From the NCBI GenBank assembly GCA_965235115.1, contig OZ249436.1, forward strand, positions 36,334,001 to 36,394,000: DNA of 60,000 bases, written 5' to 3'. A program made the position numbers and the translations under genes. The notes beneath the pieces were generated by a model, which did not search any database, was not told the DNA's origin, and was given only the letters and a program-made list of their open reading frames with translations. Shown here piece by piece: positions 25,001 through 38,300 of the stretch (its first letter is position 1; the number at the start of each line of letters is the position of its first letter). This DNA comes from Laetmonice hystrix (Eukaryota).

Positions 25001-27642
25001 CCTCAATAACTCGCACGGAGTACAAACCACACTGGGATTATTTTAGTCTCATTTTCCGTGGGAAACTAAAAGCGTGCCTCTTAAAGTATACGGCCCCCAT
25101 TAATTTCAGGCCGACTATTGTCAACATTTCCCTTACCAAAGAAAAGAATGATCTTAATCTACTAAAAGCTAACAACATGTAAGGTTCAATCTTCTCGACA
25201 TGTTTAACTGATTGGAGAACTGAATCCATCATCGATTTTCAGAAGATGATTAAATCGATGGGTTCCGAGTGGGTAATTTTGATGGGGTTCGTGATAGGTT
25301 ACAGTCACCACAACAGGGTGTAACAAATCTGAAAGTACACGGTAATCATGCTCACGACCATCTGTACCATGGCAGGCTGCACTGCCGTTCCAAAGCCGAC
25401 AACGGATCGGCCTATGCGGCCGGTCCACAAATAAACGGTTGTTATGTGGGCATAACACCACATGTGTATGACGCCTACACAACTATTTGTCAATATGGCT
25501 CTACGTTTGTCAATATTTCCAGTTAGCTTTGTTTGAACCTTTGAATGTGAGGTTTAGCCCTCATGGATGGTCAGGGACAGGATCGACTTTTATGAGACCT
25601 GCAGCCATACATGACACAACCCGATAACTATACGCCAACGTCCTTGTTCTACTCCACAAATTAATATTACATGTAGTCCATAATTTATTTATAGCTCCGA
25701 AAGAAAAAATTGAAAAAAGTCCTTAGTATACCTGATTATGTATGTATATCAGATGACGTGATGGGAACAATCCGAGTCCTTTATACCCTCCAGTAGGGGC
25801 TTCCTGTCCCATAAAAGGGATCAGAGGAGCAGTGTAAAGGATCAGCTCGTATATCCCAACAATCGTATACAAGGACGAGCAACACAACCCCTCATCAATC
25901 AATATATCTTTTCAGTCGATATGATGGGAGGAAAGATGATCTTCCCACGTGATCCATGATATATACGGCCCATGCATGATTCGATCTGTGCAGGCATTAT
26001 ACTAATATACAGGTATACTGGCATGTAGTGAATCCAGCATGTGTTGCCATAGGTAATGGTTATATATTTTTATATGGCATAATGCTGAATATGTTTTGGC
26101 AGACGTGGGCCTATATGCAGGTTCACTATTCTCACACAATCGATTGTATTCTGGTATTTTGCAGGGACATTCACGTACACATTAAGAATTGCCATGACTG
26201 AATGGCGCGGATGGCCCACCTGGCTTCTCTTGGAAGCCAACCTGTACAGATAGGGGCCAGACCGATTTATTGACTGACTGAAGGGAAACTAGCAAAATAT
26301 TCTTATGTCACATTGGTTTGATACTTGGAGGTCTTAACTATCGAGTGCTGCCACTAATTAGTTCATTTTGGGTATAATAGGCAAAATAGGATATTCTTTC
26401 CTTGGGGCGGGGGGGGGGCATTAGTCGCAGGCATACGATGATATATCTATGTAGTTTTGTATGATAAGACAAATATCTTATCTGTGATATGTTGACCAAC
26501 AACCAGATAGTCCTATAAGAGGTAGAAGCCCTGAAGTCTATCATACATATGGAGACTTTTTGGTTCAATATTTTGGTGGCGGGGAAAATGGAACCATAAC
26601 ACAATTCTCATTGTGAACTGACGGCATATCATTCCATACAGAATAGGCCAATTTCAGTGCATTATATATAGGACTCACTTTAAAAGAACCATTTTGCTAG
26701 GTTCCACCATATTATGTTAAACGGTAAACTAGACCCACTAGACCCAGGTTAGAGAAGAGGGCATACATAATGCCGAAGACCGCAGCTACCCAAACTGCAA
26801 GTAGGTATACTGATTTTGGGTCGTAATGGCACTATACCACAATGATTGATAATACCCTTTACAGGTGATAACATTTTCCTCATGCCGTTGTCCCGTTGAC
26901 CAGACATTTGTCATTTTTCCGTTTCATTTTCACTTAGTGCAATTTCCTTGGCCATCTGTTTAGGAATGGATTGGGTTACACTAAGCTGTTTCCCTGCTCC
27001 CTCGTGGCTCTGGGGTCGGCGCGAGTATCACTCGGCTCACCGTCGACTGGTTTCGTCATGTCTCGGCTGTACGACGGAGGTCGTCATGTTGGGGGGTTGG
27101 GGCCGGTGTGTTCCGGCTAGATATGTCCGACAGGGGATAGGCCTATATCCGCAAACATGAGCTAGATGTGTCCGGAGAAATTGATATGTCCGCAAATATC
27201 AGCTAGATGTAAACTGCCGGTCTCGCTCAGCTTTGGCATATCCATTTTAATACATCGCTGAAATAGCCCCTCCCAGATCCTCATGAATGGGAGGCGAGAG
27301 TAAGAAAAATTGAGAACAACAAAAAAAATCTGGGATTGGTCTGACTCTTCAGGGTCTAAGTCCTAACGTTCTTATCTGGCGTCTGGACACACACGATAGC
27401 CCATTGAGAGTCAACTGGTTTGGAACCTTGCCGCAGATTGAGCACACTGACGGGGTACAGGTTCTGTTTCTAGAACCCTTTAGAAGAGTTGTCCACGGAT
27501 CTTGCCTCCAAAATATCATGAAGAAATTTAAAGAATCTCCATCTATTTCCAATAGACTATACATCTGGCGATTTACGCAGCGACACCTCCGCGCGTAAGT
27601 TTTTGGCGAAGTAAAGCGTAAAATAAGGGTGTCTACTATTAA

Positions 27643-28101
27643 TAGTCCCGGCCTGTCCCACAATACACAACCAGAAGAGGTTGGTTCCAGCAAAAACGAC
27701 CTCTGGTGGAAGTTTGGGCCTACTGCGCTGGTTTCTCCACGAGTCGGCGCCATTGTAGACCCACTGAGACTGACTTCGGCCTCCGGTCCAAAAACTCAAC
27801 GTTTTCCTGCTCCGGTTTAAATCGCATGAAGACGTCAATAATTCTGCCAAGGTAGAACAAACTGTCCTCATCACATTACGATACTGACGCATTTTATGCG
27901 GTAGGTCACTGAGAATTGATGCACTTAGTCGCGGAAGTCACCCATCTCGACCGTCCATCTACCCGCAAGTCAGTCAACATTAGTCCTGTGCCTCCACCAG
28001 ATGGCGTTGTCAGGGGTACAGGCCACCCAAACTTCCACCAGAGGTCGCTTTTGCTGGCACCACCCTCTTCTGGTTGTGTATTGTGGGACAGGCCGGGACT
28101 A
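27643..28101. mobile_element. Non-autonomous Academ-like element (TAG...CTA ends, ~75-bp TIR)
   Basis: tagtcccggcctgtcccacaatacacaaccagaagagg... is inverted at ...cctcttctggttgtgtattgtgggacaggccgggacta. Flanks taa/tag (3-bp TSD, one mismatch). Confidence 0.85.
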
Positions 28102-29348
28102 TAGTCTCACAGTCAAATGGACACCTGCGAGCAGTTAACCATTACTCACAAAATAATTATAATCAAACATTGCTTACATTACCAGAGGTTGTTTATCACT
28201 TCATTTAATTTTTCTTAAAGATTTAAATGTACATGTAGGCCTATCTAATTTGAGTTGAAACAGTTCATATGCAAACTATTTTGCTGGACTATTTTGCACC
28301 GCTTCACTGCATTTCTATCTCTTCAGTACGCCCTTTTGCCTGCGTATGCAGATATGATTGCACCAGTGCATTGTTGGAAGTCGACTTGACTGTGCAGTTT
28401 GAGCCATAGCTGTGCAATCTCCCTTAATGCAGAGGGGCTCGTTCCACTATAGGTACCCCACGCTCACATTCGCGCCCATTTGCTGAAATGAACGCTCATA
28501 GATCCTGCACGGGACTGTGGGCAAACCGCAGGGGGTAACGAGTTCACCGGGGCGAACTACTTTCACTGCAGTACATGGAAGACATGGCTTCCCGCATGAC
28601 ACTCAAACCGGCGGCGGTTAAGCTCAAGACAGTCAACCAGCGTAAGTTTAATTCAAGACCTGTTCAACAACCGTCAGCGACCTTGCCGACGGGCACGCAC
28701 TACTTTGTATCCACGGTGTAGTAATTGAGGAATGTGACCAGTGAGGTGGCGCGGATGCTCCTAATCGGGCCGTGAGTGATATGTAATCTGTGAGAGTGCT
28801 TTCCCCGCACGAACGAAGATTGCCGAAGATTGCCGAAAGGACTCGAGTGTAAGAATGTAGGTACCCCTCTGCAACACCTGACTTTTTACGGGCAAAATCG
28901 GGCCCCTATGCGTTTAACCCTGTTTTTACAAATTCGACCGCCCTTCATGGTATCTATAAAATTTAACGTACCTCTAAATCCCAAAACCGAGATTATAACA
29001 AGTGACATTAACCGTAAAAGAGAAATATCTGATGAAATATTAGGAACTACATTTGCGGAGGGAAATCAGCTATAGTCGCAAGTCGGTTGGCCAATTTCGG
29101 GATGATTCGAAAGATACTTCGGGTACAAGAGTGCCTCAGCAAAATCGAACAGCCACGATTCCAGCAATGTTCGGCTGTCCCGGTCGGGGATTTCTAGGTC
29201 AGGTCAGGGGTCACTCGAACGGTAGTTCCCAGCGTGTGGCAGAGATTGAATGAAGTGAACGATCTCTGTCGGAGAGTGATAGGTGTGTGGACCCAGTTCC
29301 GGTTTCGTTGACCAAACGGAAAGACTGCCACTTGCTCGCGTCAAAAGG

Positions 29349-29889
29349 TAGCCTGGTCCCCTGCCTACCAGCCGCATCCGCTATATGTTAGGCCAGGTGC
29401 TGGCTGTCAGAAAGCCGCGAAACGGAAGTGATTAAACTCCAAGAACTTCCGCTTCCGTTCAGTTGGTCGGCGTTAAAAGAGTGACCGACCTCTGCTTGAG
29501 AGTGGCCGGGAGTGGCCAACATGGCCATGCGTATGCAGACTGTAGCAGGTGTGGGGACCGATAATGCTATGTTTAGGCCTACATCTAGAAAAGCGAGGAC
29601 ATTTAACACTTCTATTTTAAAGGGATTGACGAAAATATCTGTATCTTGTTGGAGAAATAGGCCTACGGAGGGTAACGAACTACCTCGTTTGCGTCCATGG
29701 TTTCGATGGGCCAATCACAATGCTCGCTTCGATTAGCCTTCACCAGGCTATAGTCAATATAGACCTGGGGACCAGGGGGATGTTCCCCATCATGTGGTTA
29801 GCTTGTCGTATCGTTAACTCCAATGTATTTTCAATGGGGATTTTAACGCACGACAAGATAACGACAGATGAGGAACGCACCCCTGGCTA
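29349..29889 (+). mobile_element. Non-autonomous AcademH-like element, copy 1 (9-bp TSD), with a MITE inserted in its right TIR
   Basis: Ends tagcctggtcccc / ggggaccag[insert]gcta. Flanks gtcaaaagg / atcaaaagg. Homologous along its length to 37888-38315 in inverted orientation. Confidence 0.85.
29776..29882. mobile_element. Small hairpin MITE (Harbinger-like, CWG target)
   Basis: ggggatgttccccatc...gatgaggaacgcaccc, with internal arms gttagcttgtcgtatcgttaa / ttaacgcacgacaagataac. Flanked by cag/ctg. Confidence 0.75.
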
Positions 29890-30627
29890 ATCAAAAGGGC
29901 GACCTCTGAGGACAAGCCTCTATACTTGTAATGTTGTATGCAGGGCGGATCCAAGATTTTGCAAATTCTGGAGGGCGGGGGCTATACATCCAGGATTTTA
30001 CAACGAGGGGAGGCTTGATGTATAATACCTCTTAGGTGCGCCATAGAAACACTGCAAAATGAGAGGCCTAACGCCCCCCCCCCCCCCCCCCCCCCGGCTG
30101 GATCTGCTACGTTTTTGCGTCTCCGGAAAAACCCGCGGAAATTGGCAGGAAAGGGGGTGTCCAGAACGCTATAAAAGGAATCTCAACGAAGTCAACAAAA
30201 CACGTGGCGTTCGGCTTCATAGGCGTACCTGACCGTACAGGTAACTGTGATTTATGGGGTTTCGATTTAGTCGCAAGCATGCCCAACATTTTATCACCAT
30301 AGCAACAACACAGGTACATTGTATGCTGCAGATCGGTAGGCTGTTATTGTTATGTCGGTAAATTAGATTATTATAGTGAGTGCGGCCGTTATCACTATAG
30401 GACCTGCAGTAGGCTTACTAATATTTAATCTCCCGTTGACAAGAGCATCATTTTATCTATGTTAAGCCCATCAGTTCGTAAAAATAAACATGAACACTGG
30501 TTTGAACATGAGGTGGGCGAAAATGTCCCTCAGCCCCCCCCCCCTCTTGACTGGCATACATCAGGCAAAATAAAGTTCTGTATACACATGTAAGAATGTT
30601 CTAATTGTTGAGAGAATGACTTGTTAA

Positions 30628-31126
30628 AGGAATCATGTCACCTATTTCATATAGATTTTACAAATTGGCGAAAATACTGCTTGTATATACACGTGGTAAT
30701 TATGTTCCATAGCACCGCCTACTTGCCTGATTGGATTCGTGAATAATTTTTAAAAATATTTAAAAAGCAGCAGACCTGCAGCCCACCTACGCGATAGAGT
30801 TTTGGCCGGGCGACTTTACACCTTTTTCACAGAAAGCGAGACTATAGCCTCAATCACGTGATCATCTCACCCGTTGCAACGCTATGCCTGCAGGTCAGAC
30901 ATTCCCGATGGCGGAAGGTAGCGTTGATTTTGAGTGTTCACGACACAAAATATGAAATGTGAAGTTAACAGTGCATTTCGCTGCTGTCTGTTTACAATGT
31001 ATACATAATGTACATTAAACCTAGGAAGTATCCTCGGGACAGAAGGTGCATAGATTTTGACGAGGTAAGCGTGAAACCAGGCCGAACTGGCTTCCCGGAA
31101 CGCTCAACAAGGGTGCCATGATTCCT
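30628..31126. mobile_element. Non-autonomous Kolobok-like element (TTAA TSD, AGG...CCT ends)
   Basis: ttaa|aggaatcatgtcacc ... ggtgccatgattcct|ttaa. Confidence 0.8.
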
Positions 31127-31531
31127 TTAAATTCCTTTGTTTTCCTGCCACTAAGAGCACCAATTGTGCAGGAAAAGATGGCGTAATTTTAAAATGCTTC
31201 TAGGGGACGCCTCTACGCTCCTCTCCGCCTCACATCCATTGCGATCACTCAAAACTTCTCTCAGAATATGATAGGACCATAGCCGTAGGAGATGGGGGTC
31301 GGGGAGCATATCCCCCTTGAGATTTTTTGGGCTACCGTTGAAAAAATAGGGCAGCATTGGTGAAAAGATCGGGTAAATTTTGCCCGATTATATGATGCTA
31401 GAATACCTTTTACGTCTGTGTGTCGGATGTATTATGGCCATCAGTCTACCTGTAGACTAGTGCATCCAGCGGCGCCTAGCACTAAGATTCCCTTCCATGC
31501 ACGTGCCCAGTGCATGTGGACCTGTTACATA

Positions 31532-32187
31532 GTAGTGGGAACTGCTGCACATGTAGCGGGAACCAGTCACTGCTGCACACGTAGCGGGAACCAGTCACTG
31601 CTGCACACGTAGTGGGAACCAGTCACTGCTGCATACGTAGCGGGAACCAGTCACTGCTGCACATGTCACAGCGGGAACCAGTCACCGCTGCACACGTCAC
31701 AGCGGGAACCAGTCACCGCTGTACACGTAGCGGGAACCAGTCACCGCTGTACACGTAGCGGGAACCAGTCACCGCTGCACACGTAGCGGGAACCAGTCAC
31801 TGCTGCACATGTCACAGCGGGAACCAGTCACTGCTGCACACGTAGCGGGAACCAGTCACTGCTGCACACGTCACAGCGGGAACCAGTCACCGCTGCACAC
31901 GTAGCGGGAACCAGTCACCGCTGTACACGTCACAGCGGGAACCAGTCCCTGCTGCACACGTAGCGACAACCAGTCACCGCTGCACACCTAGCGGCAACCA
32001 GTCACCGCTGTACACGTAGAGGGAACCAGTCACCGCTGCACATGTCACAGCGGGAACCAGTCACCGCTGCACACGTAGCGGGAACCAGTCACTGCTGCAC
32101 ACGTAGCGGGAACCAGTCACCGCTGTACACGTCACAGCGGGAACCAGTCCCTGCTGCACACGTAGCGGGAACCAGTCCCTGCTGCAC
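31532..32187. repeat. 28/31-bp minisatellite (~23 units) immediately upstream of a promoter
   Basis: Units gggaaccagtcaccgctgcacacgtagc and gggaaccagtcaccgctgcacacgtcacagc interleaved. Confidence 0.97.
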
Positions 32188-32229
32188 GGACGCCGGGGCG
32201 TCGCCTGGACGCTGGAGGTACCGTAACGC

Positions 32230-32260
32230 CTGCCAACATGTTTTACTTCCGGGTCACATT
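32230..32260. promoter_or_regulatory. ETS-type core promoter element upstream of the saposin-like gene
   Basis: acttccgggtc (CCGGAAGT on the minus strand) ~90 bp before the ATG at 32344, in a CpG-rich patch. Confidence 0.45.
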
Positions 32261-32343
32261 AACATCGCCGAGCAGCTCCGATCGAAGCTCAGTGGTGTGG
32301 CGCTCGAGTTGTGTAAATGGTGTAGCCGCAATCTCTAACAGCA

Positions 32344-35300
32344 ATGGCCGTCCGACAAGAGTTGCTCTCAGTCTACGCAGTGCTTGTGTGTGCAATCCAG
32401 TCCGTGGTTTCCCTGAAGCTGCCGTCGGGTTTGAGCGCAGGTAGGTGCTTTCGTTACGATATTTTCTCCATCTGAACAGATGTGGAGTCGGCGCAGCCCG
32501 CTGAACAGCTATGAATGAATCCACTTTGCATTCGTTGATCTTATTATCCGCATGTTTCCGTTCCTGACAACATTGCTGTTCCTGTCTGCATGACGGATTT
32601 CGCTTCTGGTGCCCGAGTGGAATCTCAACCTTTCTTTTACAGAGCTATACTGCGCTGGATGCCAAGCAGTTGTTACTGGTAAGCATCTCTACTTGTTAGA
32701 TTGTGGCATTTTATATATAAGGACGAGTGGGGCCCTCACCATTGCCATATCGAATATGTCGTGTGCAGGATGCCCACTTTCTGCACACCGCATCGTGATC
32801 AGGCCTGTTGCTCAGGCCCTGAGGCCTATTGGCTTCTCCTGAATCAGGGTGATATATTAGTAACCTTATCCTTACATTAATTTCACTGGCCTAAAACACA
32901 TGGGTCTTGGTTGTGTTCATCCTGGCCTCAATGGCTCCATGTTCTGGAGAAGCCCAGATAATGAGTTTGGTGGCAATGGTTTATTGGCTCCCGTCAAAGC
33001 GATCAATACAAGCAAGGGACGCCTGGCAACGGTACTCGCCACGTGTTTTCTCAATGTCTACGATACCCAGGCATCTGAATCAAGTACTGCATGTTCAATA
33101 CCTCAATACTTCAGCGGCCAAAGGTCAAAGAAATTGGGAATGTTTTCCAAGCAGTGCCGTTGCCGTGTTTTGTTTATTGACTCGTTCATTGTTTATCGAT
33201 GCACAATTATCTGCTAAAGGATGCCAACAAACCACGGCACGGCACGCAAATCTTCGTGAGGCCGGTTAATTGAATGATAGCTGGCCTAAAAATATACCAT
33301 TAACCGAAAGGCGCAAGTCATTGGGTGGTCACGGTAACTCGTTCTGCCTCTAGTAGTCGGGGATCCACAGGCCCAAAAGCTCAATAAAATGGGTTGGACC
33401 TGACATGGCCTGCTATACTTTTTGTTTGTGTTTTTTCTATTAATTTGGATATTAAGGTCCACTGAATGAGAGGTCTGCTCTGCCGGAAACCTTGCAAAAA
33501 AAAATTGTGGCCATTTTTGTATATGCGTTTTTGTTTTTTTAGCGAAAAATGTGAAAAATGTATTTTTCCTAAAATTCCTCAGTGGGTTGTGTAGGTTGTC
33601 AATAAATGCATCCCAGATACACAGAACACATGTGTTGACAACATCAAGTTAAAAAATACACTTACAAAACCTTTCCAAATGATTGAGCACCATTTTTATG
33701 CAAAAGCGTCCCTGATTTTTGTGCATTTTATTCATTATCTTCATCTTTACTTCATTATTAATCAACTACGCCCTAAGTTATGGCATGAGGCAATGTGCCA
33801 TTCTTTTCAACAAACATTATAGTCATTCCACAGTAAACATTATGAAAATCGAACCAAAATCAATGGACCTGTAATGATTTTATTAACCCTACCCCCATAC
33901 TGCAAATTGTGGCTGAAATGTCAACATTTTTTAATGTATTTGATTTGGCTTCTATTGCATTTTATAGGTGATCGACAGAGGTATCCTTGGAGTTTCCAGT
34001 AATTGTTCTACTTAATTACCGGTTGTTTCAGGGTAAAGGCAGGGAACAAAAGATGTAAAACGGGGTAATATGAGCACACAGGGAATATGAGCACCCTACA
34101 GTACAGAAACCCAGAACCGCAGGGGGTAGGGCCCCCTGGTGTTTTTTTTGGGGCAGCACTAACTAAGGCCGATAGCATACGAAAATTTCGTAGCCCTCGG
34201 TGGCACAGTTTGATGAAAAGAGAAGATTAAATTTTAAGACCCATTTTCTTAACATTTTACACATATGTTTCATGTTCTGGTGCCTTCGCAAGACTACCCT
34301 GGTAGACACAACTTCATATTTTATTGGCAGTTCGATGTCTCTTGTCAGCGTTAAATAAACGATAGCAGGGCACGAGACATTGCATAATGTCAGACCTTGG
34401 GAGAAACGGGGAATATGAGCACACCTAGGGTGGGGCACTATGAGCATAGGGATTCCCATAATGAAGGGTCTGCAAGCCACCATAAAAATCCAGAATTTGT
34501 ACCAAGGGGGGCGAGCCCCCCGTCCCCTCTAAAACACCTCTGGGTCATAGTTTATTAATAAAATTAATGATCCCATGAAATATTGATGTGTGTAATTTCT
34601 TGATAATGAAACAATAATATCTTCATTTATTGGCATTTACATGAGCATATGTTGATATAGGATTATTTCCTGACATTTTAAATATTGGTAACCAAACGTC
34701 ATTTACCGACCACATTTGGACTTGGGAATGATAACAGCTGTAGCCTAGACGATAACTTTGACGTCATCCTTTTTAATAAGTTTGTTAACATACCATTTCG
34801 ATATCTATTTTTGCCATTTTGGGGTAATATGAGCATGTGCTCATATTACCCATCAGGACGGGGAATATGAGCATATTTGATTAAATTGTTTATTGCGATT
34901 TACTTAATTTTTTAATAGGACCTTACAGTTATTTTATGTCAGAAATACAGCCTATACTAGACTCTTGATGATGAAATACTACATGAATGCATTGGGCAGT
35001 ACCAGCAGTCTTACCAGGTCAAAATTGTTAAGGTGCTCATATTGCCCCACCTTACCCTATCTTTATGATAAACCCCTGTGTTTGTTCTGCAGGATTCCAG
35101 ATGTTGCAATCATATATAGTGGTAAGGTAGATAAGGATCTGGCTTGCCCAGTTGGCTTGCCAATTTAATCAGGACTGGGGACATTATTTATATATATAAT
35201 TATGATTTACTGCTGCAGTATTATGTTTTAATGTTACAGTATTATGTATGCTATCATGCATTACACATTACAGTCCATAAGTTATTTTGTTCAGTGCAAT

Positions 35301-38300
35301 GTTAATTTCATGTGATATTACAGACGTTGTTGCCAAGTAATTTTTTATTTTGTTATGTTCAGTTATTTTGTTCAAATAAAGTACAATTTTATCTTTTATT
35401 GACCCTGGTCACTAATCTATCCAAATATACCAGCTGTGTTACGATTGTTTTGTTTGCTTGTTACCTTGTGTACATTTTGAAATTATGAATTCATTTTGTT
35501 GTTTTGCATTTCTTGTGTTACTTGTATTTTCTTTGGGAGCATGGAGTTCTCTTAAAAATAAAAAGATGCCTTGGCCAGGATGTTTAATAAGATGGACATA
35601 CGATGATGCTAAATATAAATATACGTTACATCTCTGGGAATCTCTGGGAGTAAGGGTAATAGTAAAGGCTGGATTCCACTAAGCCGATTTACATCCGATC
35701 GGCCATCCGATTGACGATAAAATGTATCTGATATTTGCGGCCAACGAAAAATATATATTTAATCTTTACAAATTAAATGTTCTTTCATGATTTGATGACA
35801 CAAATTACTAATAATTTCAGAAGTTAAGAAAATCGGATGGCCGATCGGATGTAAATCGGCTTAGTGGAACACGGGCTTAAGTCTTTTGGTCCCTGTCTTT
35901 AACCTGAAACATCTGGAAATTAAGTAGAAAATAACTGGAAGCTCCAAGGATGCCTCTGTTAATAGCCTATAAAATGCAATAGTAGTCAAATCAAATACAT
36001 TGATGTCTCGGACACAATTTGCAGTTTGCGGGGTAGGGTTAATGAAATCACCACAGATCCACTGATTTTGGTTTGATTTTCAAAATGTTTACTGTGGAAT
36101 GACTATAATGTTTGCTGAAAAGAATAACACATTGCCTTATGTCATAACTTAGGGTTTATATTTGATTAATAATGAAGTAAAGATGAAGATAATGAAAAAA
36201 TGCCAAAAAATCAGGGGCGCTTTTGCATAAAAATGATGCTAAATCATTTGGAAAGGTTTTGTAAGTGGATTTCTGAACTTGATGTTGTCAACACATGTGT
36301 TTTGTGTATCTGGGATGCATTTATTGACAGCCTGCACAACCCACCAGAGATTCTAAGAAAAAATACATATTTCACATTTTTCCCTAAAAAAAACAAAGGG
36401 CGCATATACAAAAATGGCCACAATTTTTTTTCGCAAGGTTTCCGGCAGAGCAGACCTCTCATTCAGTGGACCTTAATGACCAATTTAATAGAAAAAACAC
36501 AAACAAAAAGTATAGCAAGCCATGTCAGGTCCTCTCAAATTTTGGGTGTCTGGATCCCCGACTATAGAGGAGTTATACCACGGAACAACGAAATTTGTAT
36601 TGGGAGGGATGCAGAGATGCCTTTTGGTCCAATTAACTGAGGTTTAACTGAAGGCTAAATGTAGCAATGGTTCCTAAACAGAAGTTGTGGCCTCGGGAAG
36701 GTCAACTGAAACTATTACATCGGAAACTAAAACTACTCAAACCAGCATTTTGAATCGCCAGGCTGGAATGAGATTGTATCTACCGAAGTGTGCCAAAGAT
36801 AATCGTCTTCGCTGAGAAATCAACATTTTAGTCAGTATACGATCCGGCCTGCGATGTATAAACCTATTTTCATGCTGGATATTAAAGCTACTACAAAAGC
36901 TCCCGGGCCCAAACGCGAATATCCGCTATGCTTACTCCTGATATCGATTAATATTTGTGACGAGAGAAATGATAAATGACCCCTCCATGCATACAATGGC
37001 AGTGAAGATGTGTGAAAACGCAGCAGGCATCCGTTTTGAAATTGTGTTTACCATTTTGGATTATGCAGTCTTTTATGATTTGTAATCGACGTTTCTGCTT
37101 TTGCAAACATAGTTTAGCTTTTGAATACGCCGTTTTCGTTTGGTAGTTGTGGCAATTATTTGTATTTGATTTTTTTTATATTTGTATTTCAGTTTGGCAC
37201 TTACCGACCACCGTATGCGTTAATGTCTAGTGGTTATACAAAAAGGAGCCTAGTAATGTTTGAATATTCGTAAACTTAGTCAATAAAGCTATCATCTAGC
37301 TCATATGCCCTAGTACTACTGATCAAACAAATGATGAGATTTATCTTTGCAATATTCCATGAGTAGAACTTGTTAGATGGCCGGGACATATTGGATTAGA
37401 TTCTGGTAACGAATCGACAACAAATGAACGAGTTCGTTTTGAAATAATTTGTCACCATCTGTTTTCGACCTGAATTTGAAAATCGGTATACCCGCCGGTA
37501 AAGTAAAATCATATTAGATTACATTATTTGTTATTTCAGAATTAAACCAGATTTTACAACAGAAATCCCCGGAATCACTTGAGGTACGCGTCGAGAATGC
37601 CCTTGAGGATATATGTGACCTAGAGAATTTTCGTGAATATGAATATCCACCTACAAAGCTGAATCGCGCATGTAAATACCTGTTAGGTAAGTATTGCTGT
37701 AAATGTTACTAACACTGTCCTTTATCTTACACAATACCCTGGCGTATTTCGTTACACCTAGCGCTCCTGCTTGTTTTGAAGTAAATACTCGATCATAATG
37801 TTTTAACCATTTTGGGGCTAAGTTTATGCTGTGCGATAATGTATACTTGGCACGTTCAACGGCGTCATTCTACATAAGACCATATGATAGCCTGGTCCCC
37901 AGCTCTATATTGACAACGTATATTGAGCCTGGTGAAGGCCAATCGAAGCGAGCATTGTGATTGGCCCATCGAAAACATGGACGCAAACGAGGTAGTTCCG
38001 TTCACTCCGTATTTCTCCAACAAGATACAGATATTTTCGTCAATCCCTTTAAAATACAAGTGTTAAATGTCCTCGCTTTTCTGGATGTAAACATAGCGTC
38101 ATCGGTCCCCACACCTGCTCCGGTCTGCATACGCATGGGCATGTTGGCCACTCCCAGCCACGCTCTAAGCAGAAGTTGGTCACTCTGTTAACGCTGACCA
38201 ACGAAACGGAAGCGGAAGTGCTTGGAGTTTAATCACTTCCGTTTCGCGGCTTTTGGTCAGCCAGCACCTGGCCTAACATAGCGGATGCGTATGGTAGGCA

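Larger units (their letters stand above)
33354..36564. mobile_element. Academ-like foldback element (3.2 kb) with ~700-bp inverted arms and 3-bp TSD (TAG); hosts two nested elements
   Basis: Arm 33354-34053 is the inverted, diverged copy of 35882-36564. Junctions tag|tagtcggggatcc ... ggatccccgacta|tag. Confidence 0.92.

Noticed and set aside
28300..28600. Minus-strand Cys-rich stretch (KGDC...) resembling a transposase C-terminal zinc-binding tail
   Set aside because: Too degenerate, with several frameshifts and no catalytic domain visible.
29721..29731. Match to the U6 snRNA 5' end (tgctcgcttcg)
   Set aside because: Only 11 nt match, and it lies inside a transposon copy.
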